Below, in pieces: positions 37,412 to 46,113 of a DNA stretch of 64,000 nucleotides (positions are counted from its first letter, which is position 1; each line of letters opens with the position of its first letter). The translations under genes and the position numbers were made by a program. A model generated the notes under the pieces. The model did not search any database and was not told where the DNA came from. It saw only the letters and a program-made list of their open reading frames with translations. Where the stretch lies: NCBI GenBank assembly GCA_951812955.1, contig OX638340.1:960001-1024000 (forward strand), read 5' to 3'. This DNA is from an uncultured Gemmatimonadota bacterium (lineage in GTDB: Bacteria > JAAXHH01).

Positions 37412-38740
37412 TTACTCGTGCCTGATCGCTTCGACCGGAACCAGGCCGGCGGCTTTCCTGGCCGGGTAAACGGCGGCAAGCACGCAGATCAGCATGGATC
37501 CCAGGGCAACGCTGACGAAATCAAGCGGGTCGACCCGCACGGGCAACGCATCGATCAGGTAGATGTCGGGAGGCAGTGCGATGAACTCGAACGTTTGCTG
37601 TGCCCAGCACAACACATAGCCGATCGCACAACCGAGCAAGGTGCCGAAGACGCCGACCACAGAACCCTGAATAATGAACACCCTGGTAATGCTGGCGGCA
37701 GTCGCCCCCATGGACTTCAGAATCCCGATGTCCCGGGTCTTCTCCAGCACGACCATGATCAGGGTGCTGGCGATATTGAAAGCGGCCACCAGGATGATCA
37801 GGTTGAGCACGGCGAAAGAGCCCCATTTCTCGAGGGTCATCCACCGGAACAGGCCTTTGTGCCGCTGCATCCAGTCTACCGTAAAATACGCTACTGACGG
37901 GGCTGACGCAACAGGTGATTCAACGGACTCTTCCGCATAGCGGTTCAGGGCGACTTCGATCTCTTCGGCGATTCGCCGGGCCTGATTACGGTCGGCAATC
38001 CTGACGGCGATGCCGTTGATGTCGTTACCGAGTTTGAACAGCTTCTGGGTCTCGTCCAGGGACACATATGCCGAGGATGCGTCGTACTCGTAGAACCCGG
38101 TCTCCGAGATGCCCGTGACCCTGTACGGCCGGATGTACGGCGTGAGCGCGGAGGTAAGGGAAAAGCCCTGGATATTGCCCAGGGCAACCTTTTCACCGAC
38201 AATGATCCCCAGTTGATCCGCCAGACCCTTTCCCAGTACGATCCCGGGAAGTGGTTTTTCCGAAGGGCCGCCGGGACCGGGCGCGGTCGTCAGATCCACG
38301 GCCCCGAAGACGATGTTTTCCTCGAGGTTCGTGGCCAGGCGGCCCGACGCTATGTCCAGCCCGTGCACTATGACGCCGGCCGCCGCGTTGCGCGTCGCGG
38401 GAACCGGTGCGCAAACGGCTTTCTCCAGCACGTAAGGCGCGGCGGAGACCACTTCGTCCACCGACAGGATGACGTCTATCAACGCCTCGTGTCCGGAAAT
38501 GGAACCATCGCCGAGCAGTGAATAAACGTTGATATGCGCACGCTCACCGATGATGCGTTCCCGCACTTCGCTTTCGAAGCCGTTAAACAGGGAAAGAACG
38601 ATGACGAGGGCGGCTACCCCTACCAGGACGCCGCTCACGGAAATGTAGGTTATGAGAGAGACAAATCGGTTCTGCCGCTTGGAGCGCAGATATCTAAGGG
38701 CGATGAACCATTCGTACGACCATCGTTTACGCAGCACCAT
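37412..38740 (-). CDS. lolC: Lipoprotein-releasing system permease LolC/LolE (FtsX-like)
   Basis: 4-TM FtsX-type permease with a large periplasmic domain. The N-terminal FIALRYLRSKRQNRFVSLITYISVSGV is LolC/E-typical. Confidence 0.85.
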   Translation of the reverse strand: MVLRKRWSYEWFIALRYLRSKRQNRFVSLITYISVSGVLVGVAALVIVLSLFNGFESEVRERIIGERAHINVYSLLGDGSISGHEALIDVILSVDEVVSAAPYVLEKAVCAPVPATRNAAAGVIVHGLDIASGRLATNLEENIVFGAVDLTTAPGPGGPSEKPLPGIVLGKGLADQLGIIVGEKVALGNIQGFSLTSALTPYIRPYRVTGISETGFYEYDASSAYVSLDETQKLFKLGNDINGIAVRIADRNQARRIAEEIEVALNRYAEESVESPVASAPSVAYFTVDWMQRHKGLFRWMTLEKWGSFAVLNLIILVAAFNIASTLIMVVLEKTRDIGILKSMGATAASITRVFIIQGSVVGVFGTLLGCAIGYVLCWAQQTFEFIALPPDIYLIDALPVRVDPLDFVSVALGSMLICVLAAVYPARKAAGLVPVEAIRHE

Positions 38741-38748
38741 TCGGCATC

Positions 38749-40470
38749 CTATATTCCGGACGCCCGGTCCGACAGGCCGTCCGCTTCACCGGAACCATTT
38801 TCCAGTTCGGCCCCGGTTCCGTCCGGGCTGTCCGGGCTGTCCGCTTCACCGGAACCATTTTCCATTTCGGCCCCGGTTCCGCCCGGGCTGTCCGGGCCGT
38901 CCAGGCCGCCGGGATCGCCGTCGAACGATTCCTTGCGCATATGGGGAAAGAGCAGGACGTCCTTGATGTTCGCGGAGTCCGTAATAAGCATGGCCAACCG
39001 GTCTATTCCGATTCCGCATCCCCCGGTGGGCGGCATGCCGTACTCCATTGCCCGGAGGAAGTCCTCGTCCATGGCGTGGGCTTCCCCATCGCCCTTGCGT
39101 TGCATTTCAACCTGCTCCTCGAACCGCCGGCGCTGGTCCATCGGGTCGTTCAACTCGGAGAATGCGTTGGCGAACTCACTCCCGCAGATAAACAGTTCGA
39201 ATCGCTCGGTGAGTTCCGGATTGTCCGGATGCCGTTTGGCCAGGGGGGAAATCTCCACGGGATAATCCGTAATGAAGGTCGGATTCAGCAAACGGTCCTG
39301 CACGAAGTATTCGAAGAGTCCGTCAATCATCTTACCTCTGCCCAGTTCGGGGTCCACATCGAGGCCCCGTTCACCGCAAACCGCCGCGAGCTCTGCGGTC
39401 GGCATCCTGGTGACGTCGACATCGCCATACTCGCGAATGGCGTCGAGCATGGAGATCCGAGGCCAGGGGGGGGTCATGTCGATGGACCGGCCCTGGTACG
39501 TGTGGTTCAGCGTTCCGTTAACATCCTGGAAGACACTTGTGAAGAGGCGCTCCACAAGATCCATGATGAACCGGTAATCGACATAGGCGATATAGAACTC
39601 CAGCATGGTGAACTCGGGATTGTGCGTGCGGTCGATCCCTTCATTGCGGAAATCATGCCCGATTTCGTACACGCGCTCCATGCCGCCGACGATCAACCGC
39701 TTCAGGTAAAGCTCGTCGGCAATGCGCATGAACAGCGGCATGTCGAGGGCCTGGTGGTGGGTCTTGAAGGGCCTTGCCAACGCGCCTCCGTACAGGGGCT
39801 GGAGTATCGGTGTTTCGACTTCGACGAAACCTTCTCCGTCCATGAACCGCTGAACGGACCGAATGAGCCGCGAGCGCTTGAGAAAGACCTCCTTGACGTC
39901 CGGATTGATGACCAGATCGACATAGCGTTGCCGGTACCTGGTTTCGATATCCCGCAGGCCGTGCCACTTTTCAGGCAGGGCGCGCAGGGACTTGGACAGC
40001 AGTTCCATCTCGTCCACCATGACGGTGGTCTCACCGGTTCGTGTGGTGAAGACTGCGCCTTTTACACCCAGATAGTCCCCTACCTCGATCAACTCGTCGA
40101 AGATCTCGTATACATCTGATCCGATGCGGTCGAGGCGGACGTAGATCTGGATCCGGCCGGTGCGGTCGAGCAGGTGGGCGAATCCGGATTTGCCATGACC
40201 CCGCTTGGACGTGATACGGCCCGCAACGGAGACGCGCTCGGCGGATTCGACCAGGTCTTCCGCCTGATCAAGAATGGACTGGGCTGGATGGGATACGTCG
40301 TAGCGGACGGGGTACGGATCGATGCCGCGAGCGCGGATCTCTTCGAGCTTGCTGTACCTTTGCCGGTTGAATTCGATCGGGCTGTTCACCCGTTTGCTCC
40401 GAAGGACTTTAAGATGGGTGGTAATTCCCTGAATGGGCGGTGAGCGGTCAGATCGAAGCGCCGTCGGCAT
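38749..40470 (-). CDS. lysS: Lysine--tRNA ligase (class II) with an acidic repeat C-terminal extension
   Basis: OB anticodon-binding domain and class-II motifs (ELYLKRLIVGG, FRNEGID, GGCGIGIDRL). About 75 extra C-terminal residues are built from a 60-bp duplication. Confidence 0.9.
   Translation of the reverse strand: MPTALRSDRSPPIQGITTHLKVLRSKRVNSPIEFNRQRYSKLEEIRARGIDPYPVRYDVSHPAQSILDQAEDLVESAERVSVAGRITSKRGHGKSGFAHLLDRTGRIQIYVRLDRIGSDVYEIFDELIEVGDYLGVKGAVFTTRTGETTVMVDEMELLSKSLRALPEKWHGLRDIETRYRQRYVDLVINPDVKEVFLKRSRLIRSVQRFMDGEGFVEVETPILQPLYGGALARPFKTHHQALDMPLFMRIADELYLKRLIVGGMERVYEIGHDFRNEGIDRTHNPEFTMLEFYIAYVDYRFIMDLVERLFTSVFQDVNGTLNHTYQGRSIDMTPPWPRISMLDAIREYGDVDVTRMPTAELAAVCGERGLDVDPELGRGKMIDGLFEYFVQDRLLNPTFITDYPVEISPLAKRHPDNPELTERFELFICGSEFANAFSELNDPMDQRRRFEEQVEMQRKGDGEAHAMDEDFLRAMEYGMPPTGGCGIGIDRLAMLITDSANIKDVLLFPHMRKESFDGDPGGLDGPDSPGGTGAEMENGSGEADSPDSPDGTGAELENGSGEADGLSDRASGI
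38775..38897. repeat. 2 x 60-bp tandem duplication inside the 3' end of lysS (encodes PDSPGGTGAEMENGSGEAD-like repeats)
   Basis: ccgcttcaccggaaccattttcca(g/t)ttcggccccggttccg(t/c)ccgggctgtccggg, read twice with period 60. Confidence 0.85.
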
Positions 40471-40570
40471 AGCGGTCGGACGGGTACCGGAATATAGGCG
40501 GGCCGGCGCATCCTGTCAACCAAAAAGGACTTCCCGGACAGGGTGCGGGATGGTGGTCTCGGGGAGTGGT

Positions 40571-41687
40571 TTACGTGCTTTTCACGGGATCTCCATGACG
40601 CAGGTAAGCCTCGATGAACGTATCGATGCCGCCATTCATCACGGACTGGATGTTTCCGATTTCAGTACCGGTTCGATGATCTTTCACCATGGTATAAGGG
40701 TGGAACACGTAGGAACGAATCTGGCTGCCCCACGCGATCTCCTTCTTGTCGCCTTCGAGGCGCTCCCTTTTTTCCCGGATCGCCTCCTGCCGCTGCTGGT
40801 ACAGGCGGGACATCAGCACCTTCATGGCGCTTTCCCGGTTGCGGTGCTGGGATCGCTCCGACTGGCATTGAACGACAATGCCTGACGGCCTGTGCGTAAC
40901 GCGTACGGCCGAGGAAGTCTTGTTCACGTGCTGGCCCCCGGCGCCGCTTGCCCGGTAGACGTCGATCTCCAGGTCCGCCTCGTTGAGATCGATATCGCCC
41001 GGATCGTCGATTTCCGGCAAAACGGAAACCGAGGCGAAGGAGGTATGCCGCCTGTGGTTCGAGTCGAAGGGGGAGATGCGCACGAGGCGGTGGACCCCGG
41101 CTTCCGCCTTGAGGTACCCGTAGGCGTATTCTCCCGAGACTTCGATGGAAACGCTCTTTATGCCTGCTTCCTCCCCCGGTTGCAGGTCCAGTGTATCAAA
41201 GGAATAATCCCGGGATTCCATCCAGCGGAGGTACATTCGCATGAGCATCTCGGCCCAGTCCTGGGACTCCGTTCCCCCCGCCCCGGGGTGTATGGAAACG
41301 ATGGCGTTCTTCGTATCGTCCGGGGCCGACAGCATACTTTGCAGCATCGCCGTTTCCAGGAGTCGCCGCAGCGACCGGACCCCGTCTTCGATCTCGTCGA
41401 AAGCGTCCCGGTCGTCTTCCTCGGCGGCCATTTCGAACAGGGTTTCCAGGTCTTCGGCCTGGCTGTCCATTTCGGTCCACCCATCGACGATCTTCTTGTG
41501 GTCGCTGATCTGCCTGCTGATCGTCTGGGCCCTGGCCTGGTTGTTCCAGAAGTCCGGCTCGCCCGTGACGCCTTCGAGCCTGGCCGTCTCCGCCTGTCGA
41601 TTTTCTATGTCAAAGGCCCCTCCAGAGATAGGCCAGTTGATTTCGGCATGCTTCCAGTTCGTTCTTTATTTCGGAAGGTTCCATCAT
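40571..41687 (-). CDS. prfB: Peptide chain release factor 2 (PrfB) with programmed +1 ribosomal frameshift
   Basis: Frame-0 segment MMEPSEIKNELEACRNQLAYLWRGL then CTT TGA C (minus-strand complement of 41609-41615), preceded by an SD-like AGGGGC. The +1 frame continues DIENRQAETA... into the GGQ-containing body (RASGAGGQHVNK). AAGGAG RBS. Confidence 0.9.
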
Positions 41688-41769
41688 CTGCGAATGTACT
41701 CCTTGTTTTTTCTCCGGTTTTTCATGTACCGGGGACCGCGGCTCCTAAATCAGGTATCGCGCACGGCCG

Positions 41770-41925
41770 GTCCGGGCCTCCGCTTCGGTCGTCCGCGCCG
41801 GGCACCGCGGCAAAGTCGGACCGAGCCTCCGCGCCGGGCACCGCGGCAAAGTCGGACCGAGCCTCCGCGCCGGGCACCGCGGCAAAGTCGGTCCGGGCCT
41901 CCGCTCCGGGCGATCCCCGAGAACT
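41770..41925. repeat. ~3.5 x 36-bp tandem repeat (GAGCCTCCGCGCCGGGCACCGCGGCAAAGTCGGACC) upstream of prfB
   Basis: Read directly. The only ORFs through it are repeat-derived R/P-rich artifacts. Confidence 0.85.
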
Positions 41926-41968
41926 TCCGGTATCCCCGAAATGCGACGGGACCAACGCCGGAATGCGC

Positions 41969-43012
41969 TTAGAACCTTCTGAAAGCTTCTTCCAGCAGTT
42001 CCTGGTCGCGGATCGAATCCGCTCCGGAGGAACGGACCGGAGCACCGGACCGTATACACGACACAAAGTGGGCGTTTGCCCTTCGAAACGCCCAGTCCCG
42101 CGGCGCTTGCGGCTGGGCATGCTGCTGAATGTCGCCCGCCCTGTAGACAGAGACCCGGGCCGGCACGTTCTTGAGCAGCGGGGGCGGCGTGCTGATCTCC
42201 ACCCACCCGTCCTCGAAATACACCTTGACGCTCTCGTCCCAGAAATTCGCCGACAACCGTCCAAGTTCCAACACCGCGTCAAATCCATCCATGGCGAAAA
42301 CCATCAGTTTCGTCGGACCGTCTAGCGTCGCGAATCTCAGTTCCCGGACCTCGCCCAGCAGGAAGCGCATCAGGTTGATGTTGTGGCAATACAGGTTGTT
42401 TGTGCTGTAGATATCCCCGATTCGTTCCTGTTCCAGCCACTCCGGTGGCCGGGATTCGATTTCAGGATAGGTCTCGTCCGTTGTTATCGCCGTCCCGGCG
42501 TTGCAGACCCAGTCACCCGCAAAGCAATGGCCCCTCGCATGGGTAATCGCCCCAAGTTCTCCGGTTGAACGCAGCTCGTCGATGATCGAACGGGCCATCT
42601 CCACGCCGGTATCGAAGCGTTTCATGTACCCGATCTGCAATTGCCGGCCGTTGCGTTCGGCGGCCTCGACCATGCGGCGCGCATCGGACAGGTTGGTCGC
42701 CATGGGTTTCTCGACGTAAACGTGCTTGCCCGCGTTCAATGCGTCGATGGAAACGGGTGCGTGGGCATCGTCCGATGTGATCTGAACTACGGCGTCGATC
42801 GTAGGATCGGCGCAGATCTCCTCGTGGGACACGCAGGTCGTCGGAATGCCGAAACGGTCTGCCACCCGCCGCGCCAGCCCGGACCTCCGGTCGGCCAGGG
42901 CGACGACCTCGCAACCGGCCATTTCCGTGAAGTTGGGCAGGTGGACCAACTGTCCCATGAATCCCGCGCCGACGAAGCCTATCCTGATGCTTTCTTTTCT
43001 AGCAGATTCCAC
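41969..43012 (-). CDS. Gfo/Idh/MocA family NAD(P)-dependent oxidoreductase
   Basis: N-terminal Rossmann motif IRIGFVGAGFMG, EKP motif (VYVEKPMA), and a C-terminal alpha/beta domain. Confidence 0.8.
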   Translation of the reverse strand: MESARKESIRIGFVGAGFMGQLVHLPNFTEMAGCEVVALADRRSGLARRVADRFGIPTTCVSHEEICADPTIDAVVQITSDDAHAPVSIDALNAGKHVYVEKPMATNLSDARRMVEAAERNGRQLQIGYMKRFDTGVEMARSIIDELRSTGELGAITHARGHCFAGDWVCNAGTAITTDETYPEIESRPPEWLEQERIGDIYSTNNLYCHNINLMRFLLGEVRELRFATLDGPTKLMVFAMDGFDAVLELGRLSANFWDESVKVYFEDGWVEISTPPPLLKNVPARVSVYRAGDIQQHAQPQAPRDWAFRRANAHFVSCIRSGAPVRSSGADSIRDQELLEEAFRRF

Positions 43013-43125
43013 GGTCTACTCCACTTGCCGCCGCTCCGCTGTTCCACCGTTATTGAACCCTGCAGCGCGCACATACTGCTCGTAGCGACGCGTTGCCGGC
43101 CCGATGCTGTCCCGCCCTTCCGCCG

Positions 43126-43824
43126 CTATATTAAACCCTTGCCGGCGAGGCTGGTAAAGGATTTTCGGCCTATGATGATGTGATCCAGCACCTTGATGTC
43201 GATCATCTGGCCCGCGTCCACGAGTTGGGCCGTGATCTTGAGGTCGTCCTGGCTCGGGGTGGGATCGCCGCTGGGATGGTTGTGTACGAATATCACGGAC
43301 GCGGCCGAATCGAGGATGGCGGGCTTGAACACCTCGCGGGGATGGACGATGCTTGCCGTAAGACTGCCCACCGATACGGTCACGCCACGGATCAGGCAGT
43401 TGCGCGCGTCGAGCATCAGGACCATGAAGATCTCTTTTCGCAGATCCCTGAGTCTCGGCATGAAGTAGCGCGCCACGTCGGTACTTGAGACGAAGGTCTT
43501 CTTGTCCATGTCCTGCGCTTCGAGCCGGCGGCCGATTTCGATGGCGGAGGCGATCTGGGCGGCTTTGACGGGCCCTACCCCCGACACCTGGCACAACTCG
43601 CTCAATTCCCGGGTGGCGAGGTGGCGCAGTCCCCCGAAATGCTGCAGCAGGTCCCGGGATATGTCAATGACGTCCTTCCCCCCGGTACCGTTCCCGGTGC
43701 GCAGCAACAGCGCGATCAGTTCGGTGTCCGAAAGGGTATGGATTCCGTACTTAAGCAACCGCTCTCTGGGTTTCTCGTCTTCGGGCCATTCCTTGATCGG
43801 GGTAATTCCCTGCAAATCGGTCAT
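43126..43824 (-). CDS. radC: RadC-family JAB-domain protein
   Basis: HhH N-terminal region (LSDTELIALLLRTG) and the JAMM motif HNHPSGDPTPSQDD. Start taken at MTDLQG (43824). The track ORF begins at 43857. Confidence 0.8.
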   Translation of the reverse strand: MTDLQGITPIKEWPEDEKPRERLLKYGIHTLSDTELIALLLRTGNGTGGKDVIDISRDLLQHFGGLRHLATRELSELCQVSGVGPVKAAQIASAIEIGRRLEAQDMDKKTFVSSTDVARYFMPRLRDLRKEIFMVLMLDARNCLIRGVTVSVGSLTASIVHPREVFKPAILDSAASVIFVHNHPSGDPTPSQDDLKITAQLVDAGQMIDIKVLDHIIIGRKSFTSLAGKGLI

Positions 43825-43904
43825 CGTATGTTCCCTCTGTCCTGGTCGGCGAACCATTGTACGTTGACCGATTTAGTCGAAATCCCGCCGGGGAATCTCG
43901 TATG

Positions 43905-44747
43905 CTATCCTGCCTCCTGACCGCGGCCCTCCGGTGTATCGCTATCTGTCTCCGGCGTGCCGCCGGCAACCGCTGGTTTCAATGCGTCCACGAAGGGCTT
44001 GAACAGATCGATGGGGACGGGGAACAGCGTGGTGGAGTTATTCTCCGCCGCCACGACCGACAGGGTCTGCAAGTAACGCAACTGAATGGCTACGGGATGG
44101 GTGCCCATGACATGGGCGGCTTCCGCCAGTTTCTCCGCGGCCTGCTGCTCGCCCAGGGCGTTGATGACCTTGGCCCGGCGTTCCCGTTCCGCTTCCGCCT
44201 GCTTGGCCATGGCCCGCTGCATCTCGAGGGGCAGGTCGACGTTCTTTATGACGACCATGGAGACCTTGATGCCCCACGGTTCGGTCTGCTGGTCCAGCAG
44301 TACCTGCAGGTCCTCGTTGATCTTGTCCCGGTTGGAAAGGAGGTCGTCTAGTTCCACTTGCCCGAGTACGCTTCGCAGCGAAGTCTGGGCCAGTTGATGG
44401 GTCGCCTGCAGGAAATCCTCCACCTCGGTGATTGCCCTCTCCGGGTCAATGACACGGAAGTAGATCACCGCGTTGACCTTGATGGACACGTTGTCCCGGG
44501 TGATCACGTCCTGGGCAGGCACGTCCTTGGTCACGGTACGCAGACTCACCTTCTCCATCTTGTCGACCCCGGGGATCAGGATCACGATGCCCGGTCCGTT
44601 TTTACCGATCAGGGCCTTGGAAAGGCGGCCCAGCCGGAAGATCACGCCCCGCTCGTACTCGCGCAGAATCTTGACCGCGTTCGTGAACAGGATGATGAGG
44701 AACAGGACGATTACGATCGTCGAGAGCGAAAATCCGTCAAACCCCAT
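43905..44747 (-). CDS. Stomatin-like SPFH-domain protein (slipin)
   Basis: N-terminal TM, SPFH core (IFRLGR...[25 protein letters not shown]). Confidence 0.8.
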   Translation of the reverse strand: MGFDGFSLSTIVIVLFLIILFTNAVKILREYERGVIFRLGRLSKALIGKNGPGIVILIPGVDKMEKVSLRTVTKDVPAQDVITRDNVSIKVNAVIYFRVIDPERAITEVEDFLQATHQLAQTSLRSVLGQVELDDLLSNRDKINEDLQVLLDQQTEPWGIKVSMVVIKNVDLPLEMQRAMAKQAEAERERRAKVINALGEQQAAEKLAEAAHVMGTHPVAIQLRYLQTLSVVAAENNSTTLFPVPIDLFKPFVDALKPAVAGGTPETDSDTPEGRGQEAG

Positions 44748-46074
44748 GGGAGTCCTCCCCTTGTTTCGTTGCGTCCGCGCTTGAATCCAGGCTTTCTACC
44801 TGCAATCGCAGACCGTTGACCTTCAAGACCCGAATCGGCGTATCGGGTTCGATAGGCGCATCGCTCGTCGCAAACCAGTACTCGCCGTGGACGAACACCT
44901 TGCCGCTCCGGGCGTCCACGGCCGTGCGCGCGCGTCCCGTTTCGCCGATCAGCCCCTGGCTGCCGGTGGTCGTGGGCCGCTTCTGGGCCTTCAGCGCGTA
45001 GCCCACGGCAAACAACACGAAGGCCCCGGTCGCGATCACAGCCGGGATGATGGCGTACAGGGATATGCGCAGGTAGGGATAGGGCGAATCGATGAGCATC
45101 ATCGAACCGATCGTGAAGGCGACGGCGCCGCCCAGGGTCAGCAGACCGCCGCTGACGAGAAACAGTTCCGTCACGAAAAGCCCGAGTCCCAGCAGGAGCA
45201 GCAGCAGCCCGGCGTAGTTGATGGGCAGCGTCTGCAGGGCGAAGAGCCCTATGATGACGCACATGCCGCCCACGACGCCGGGGAATATGGCGCCGGGATT
45301 GATGAACTCGTAGATGAGCCCGTAGAATCCGAGCATCATCAGGAGGTAGGCGATGTTGGGATTGGAGAGCACGTTCAGCACCCGGTGGTTCCAGTTCATT
45401 TCCCTGATCTGTACCTCGGCGTCCTTCGTACGCAATACCCGGCTGCCTTCCCTCACTTCCACGACGGTTCCGTCGATCTGAACGAGCAGGGAATCCAGCG
45501 TGGCGACGTTGAGTTCCACGACGTTCTGCTCTACCGCTTCCCGGTCGGTCAGGGCCACGCTCTTCCTTACGGCCTGTTCCGCCCAGTCCGCGTTCCGTCC
45601 GTGCTTGTCGGCGATGGAACGGATGTAACTCACGGAAAAGTTCTCTATCTTTTCCTGCATGGTCGAGTCCGCCACCGCGCCGCCAATGCCAACCGGACTG
45701 GCCGCCCCAATGCTCGTTCCCGGCGCCATGGCCGCGACGTGGGCGCTCATGGTGATGAACACGCCCGCCGATCCGGCGCCCGCACCGCTGGGCGCCACGT
45801 AGACCACGACCGGCACATTCGACGCGAGCATGTCCTTGATGATCAACTGCGTGGACTCGAGGAGGCCGCCGGGCGTATCGAGCATGATCACCAGGCACTC
45901 CGAACGGTCGTCTTCGGCTCTTTCTATTGCGGCGGACACGTGCTGGACGCTGACCGGACCGATCGGGCCTGTCAGCTTGATGACGTCGACCCGGGTCGCG
46001 GCCCCCGTCGCATCGGTCCACGCCAGCGTGACGGCCAGCAGCATGCAGCTGAGGATTCTTGACGGTTTCATCAT
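44737..46074 (-). CDS. NfeD-family membrane-bound serine protease (ClpP-fold) partner of stomatin
   Basis: Signal peptide and ClpP-like domain ([10 protein letters not shown]), then multi-TM region and C-terminal OB-like domain. Overlaps the stomatin gene start by 11 nt. Confidence 0.8.
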   Translation of the reverse strand: MMKPSRILSCMLLAVTLAWTDATGAATRVDVIKLTGPIGPVSVQHVSAAIERAEDDRSECLVIMLDTPGGLLESTQLIIKDMLASNVPVVVYVAPSGAGAGSAGVFITMSAHVAAMAPGTSIGAASPVGIGGAVADSTMQEKIENFSVSYIRSIADKHGRNADWAEQAVRKSVALTDREAVEQNVVELNVATLDSLLVQIDGTVVEVREGSRVLRTKDAEVQIREMNWNHRVLNVLSNPNIAYLLMMLGFYGLIYEFINPGAIFPGVVGGMCVIIGLFALQTLPINYAGLLLLLLGLGLFVTELFLVSGGLLTLGGAVAFTIGSMMLIDSPYPYLRISLYAIIPAVIATGAFVLFAVGYALKAQKRPTTTGSQGLIGETGRARTAVDARSGKVFVHGEYWFATSDAPIEPDTPIRVLKVNGLRLQVESLDSSADATKQGEDSHGV

Positions 46075-46113
46075 GATCCGGCCTGTTGGGTTTGTGTTCG
46101 GAATCAGCAGCGG

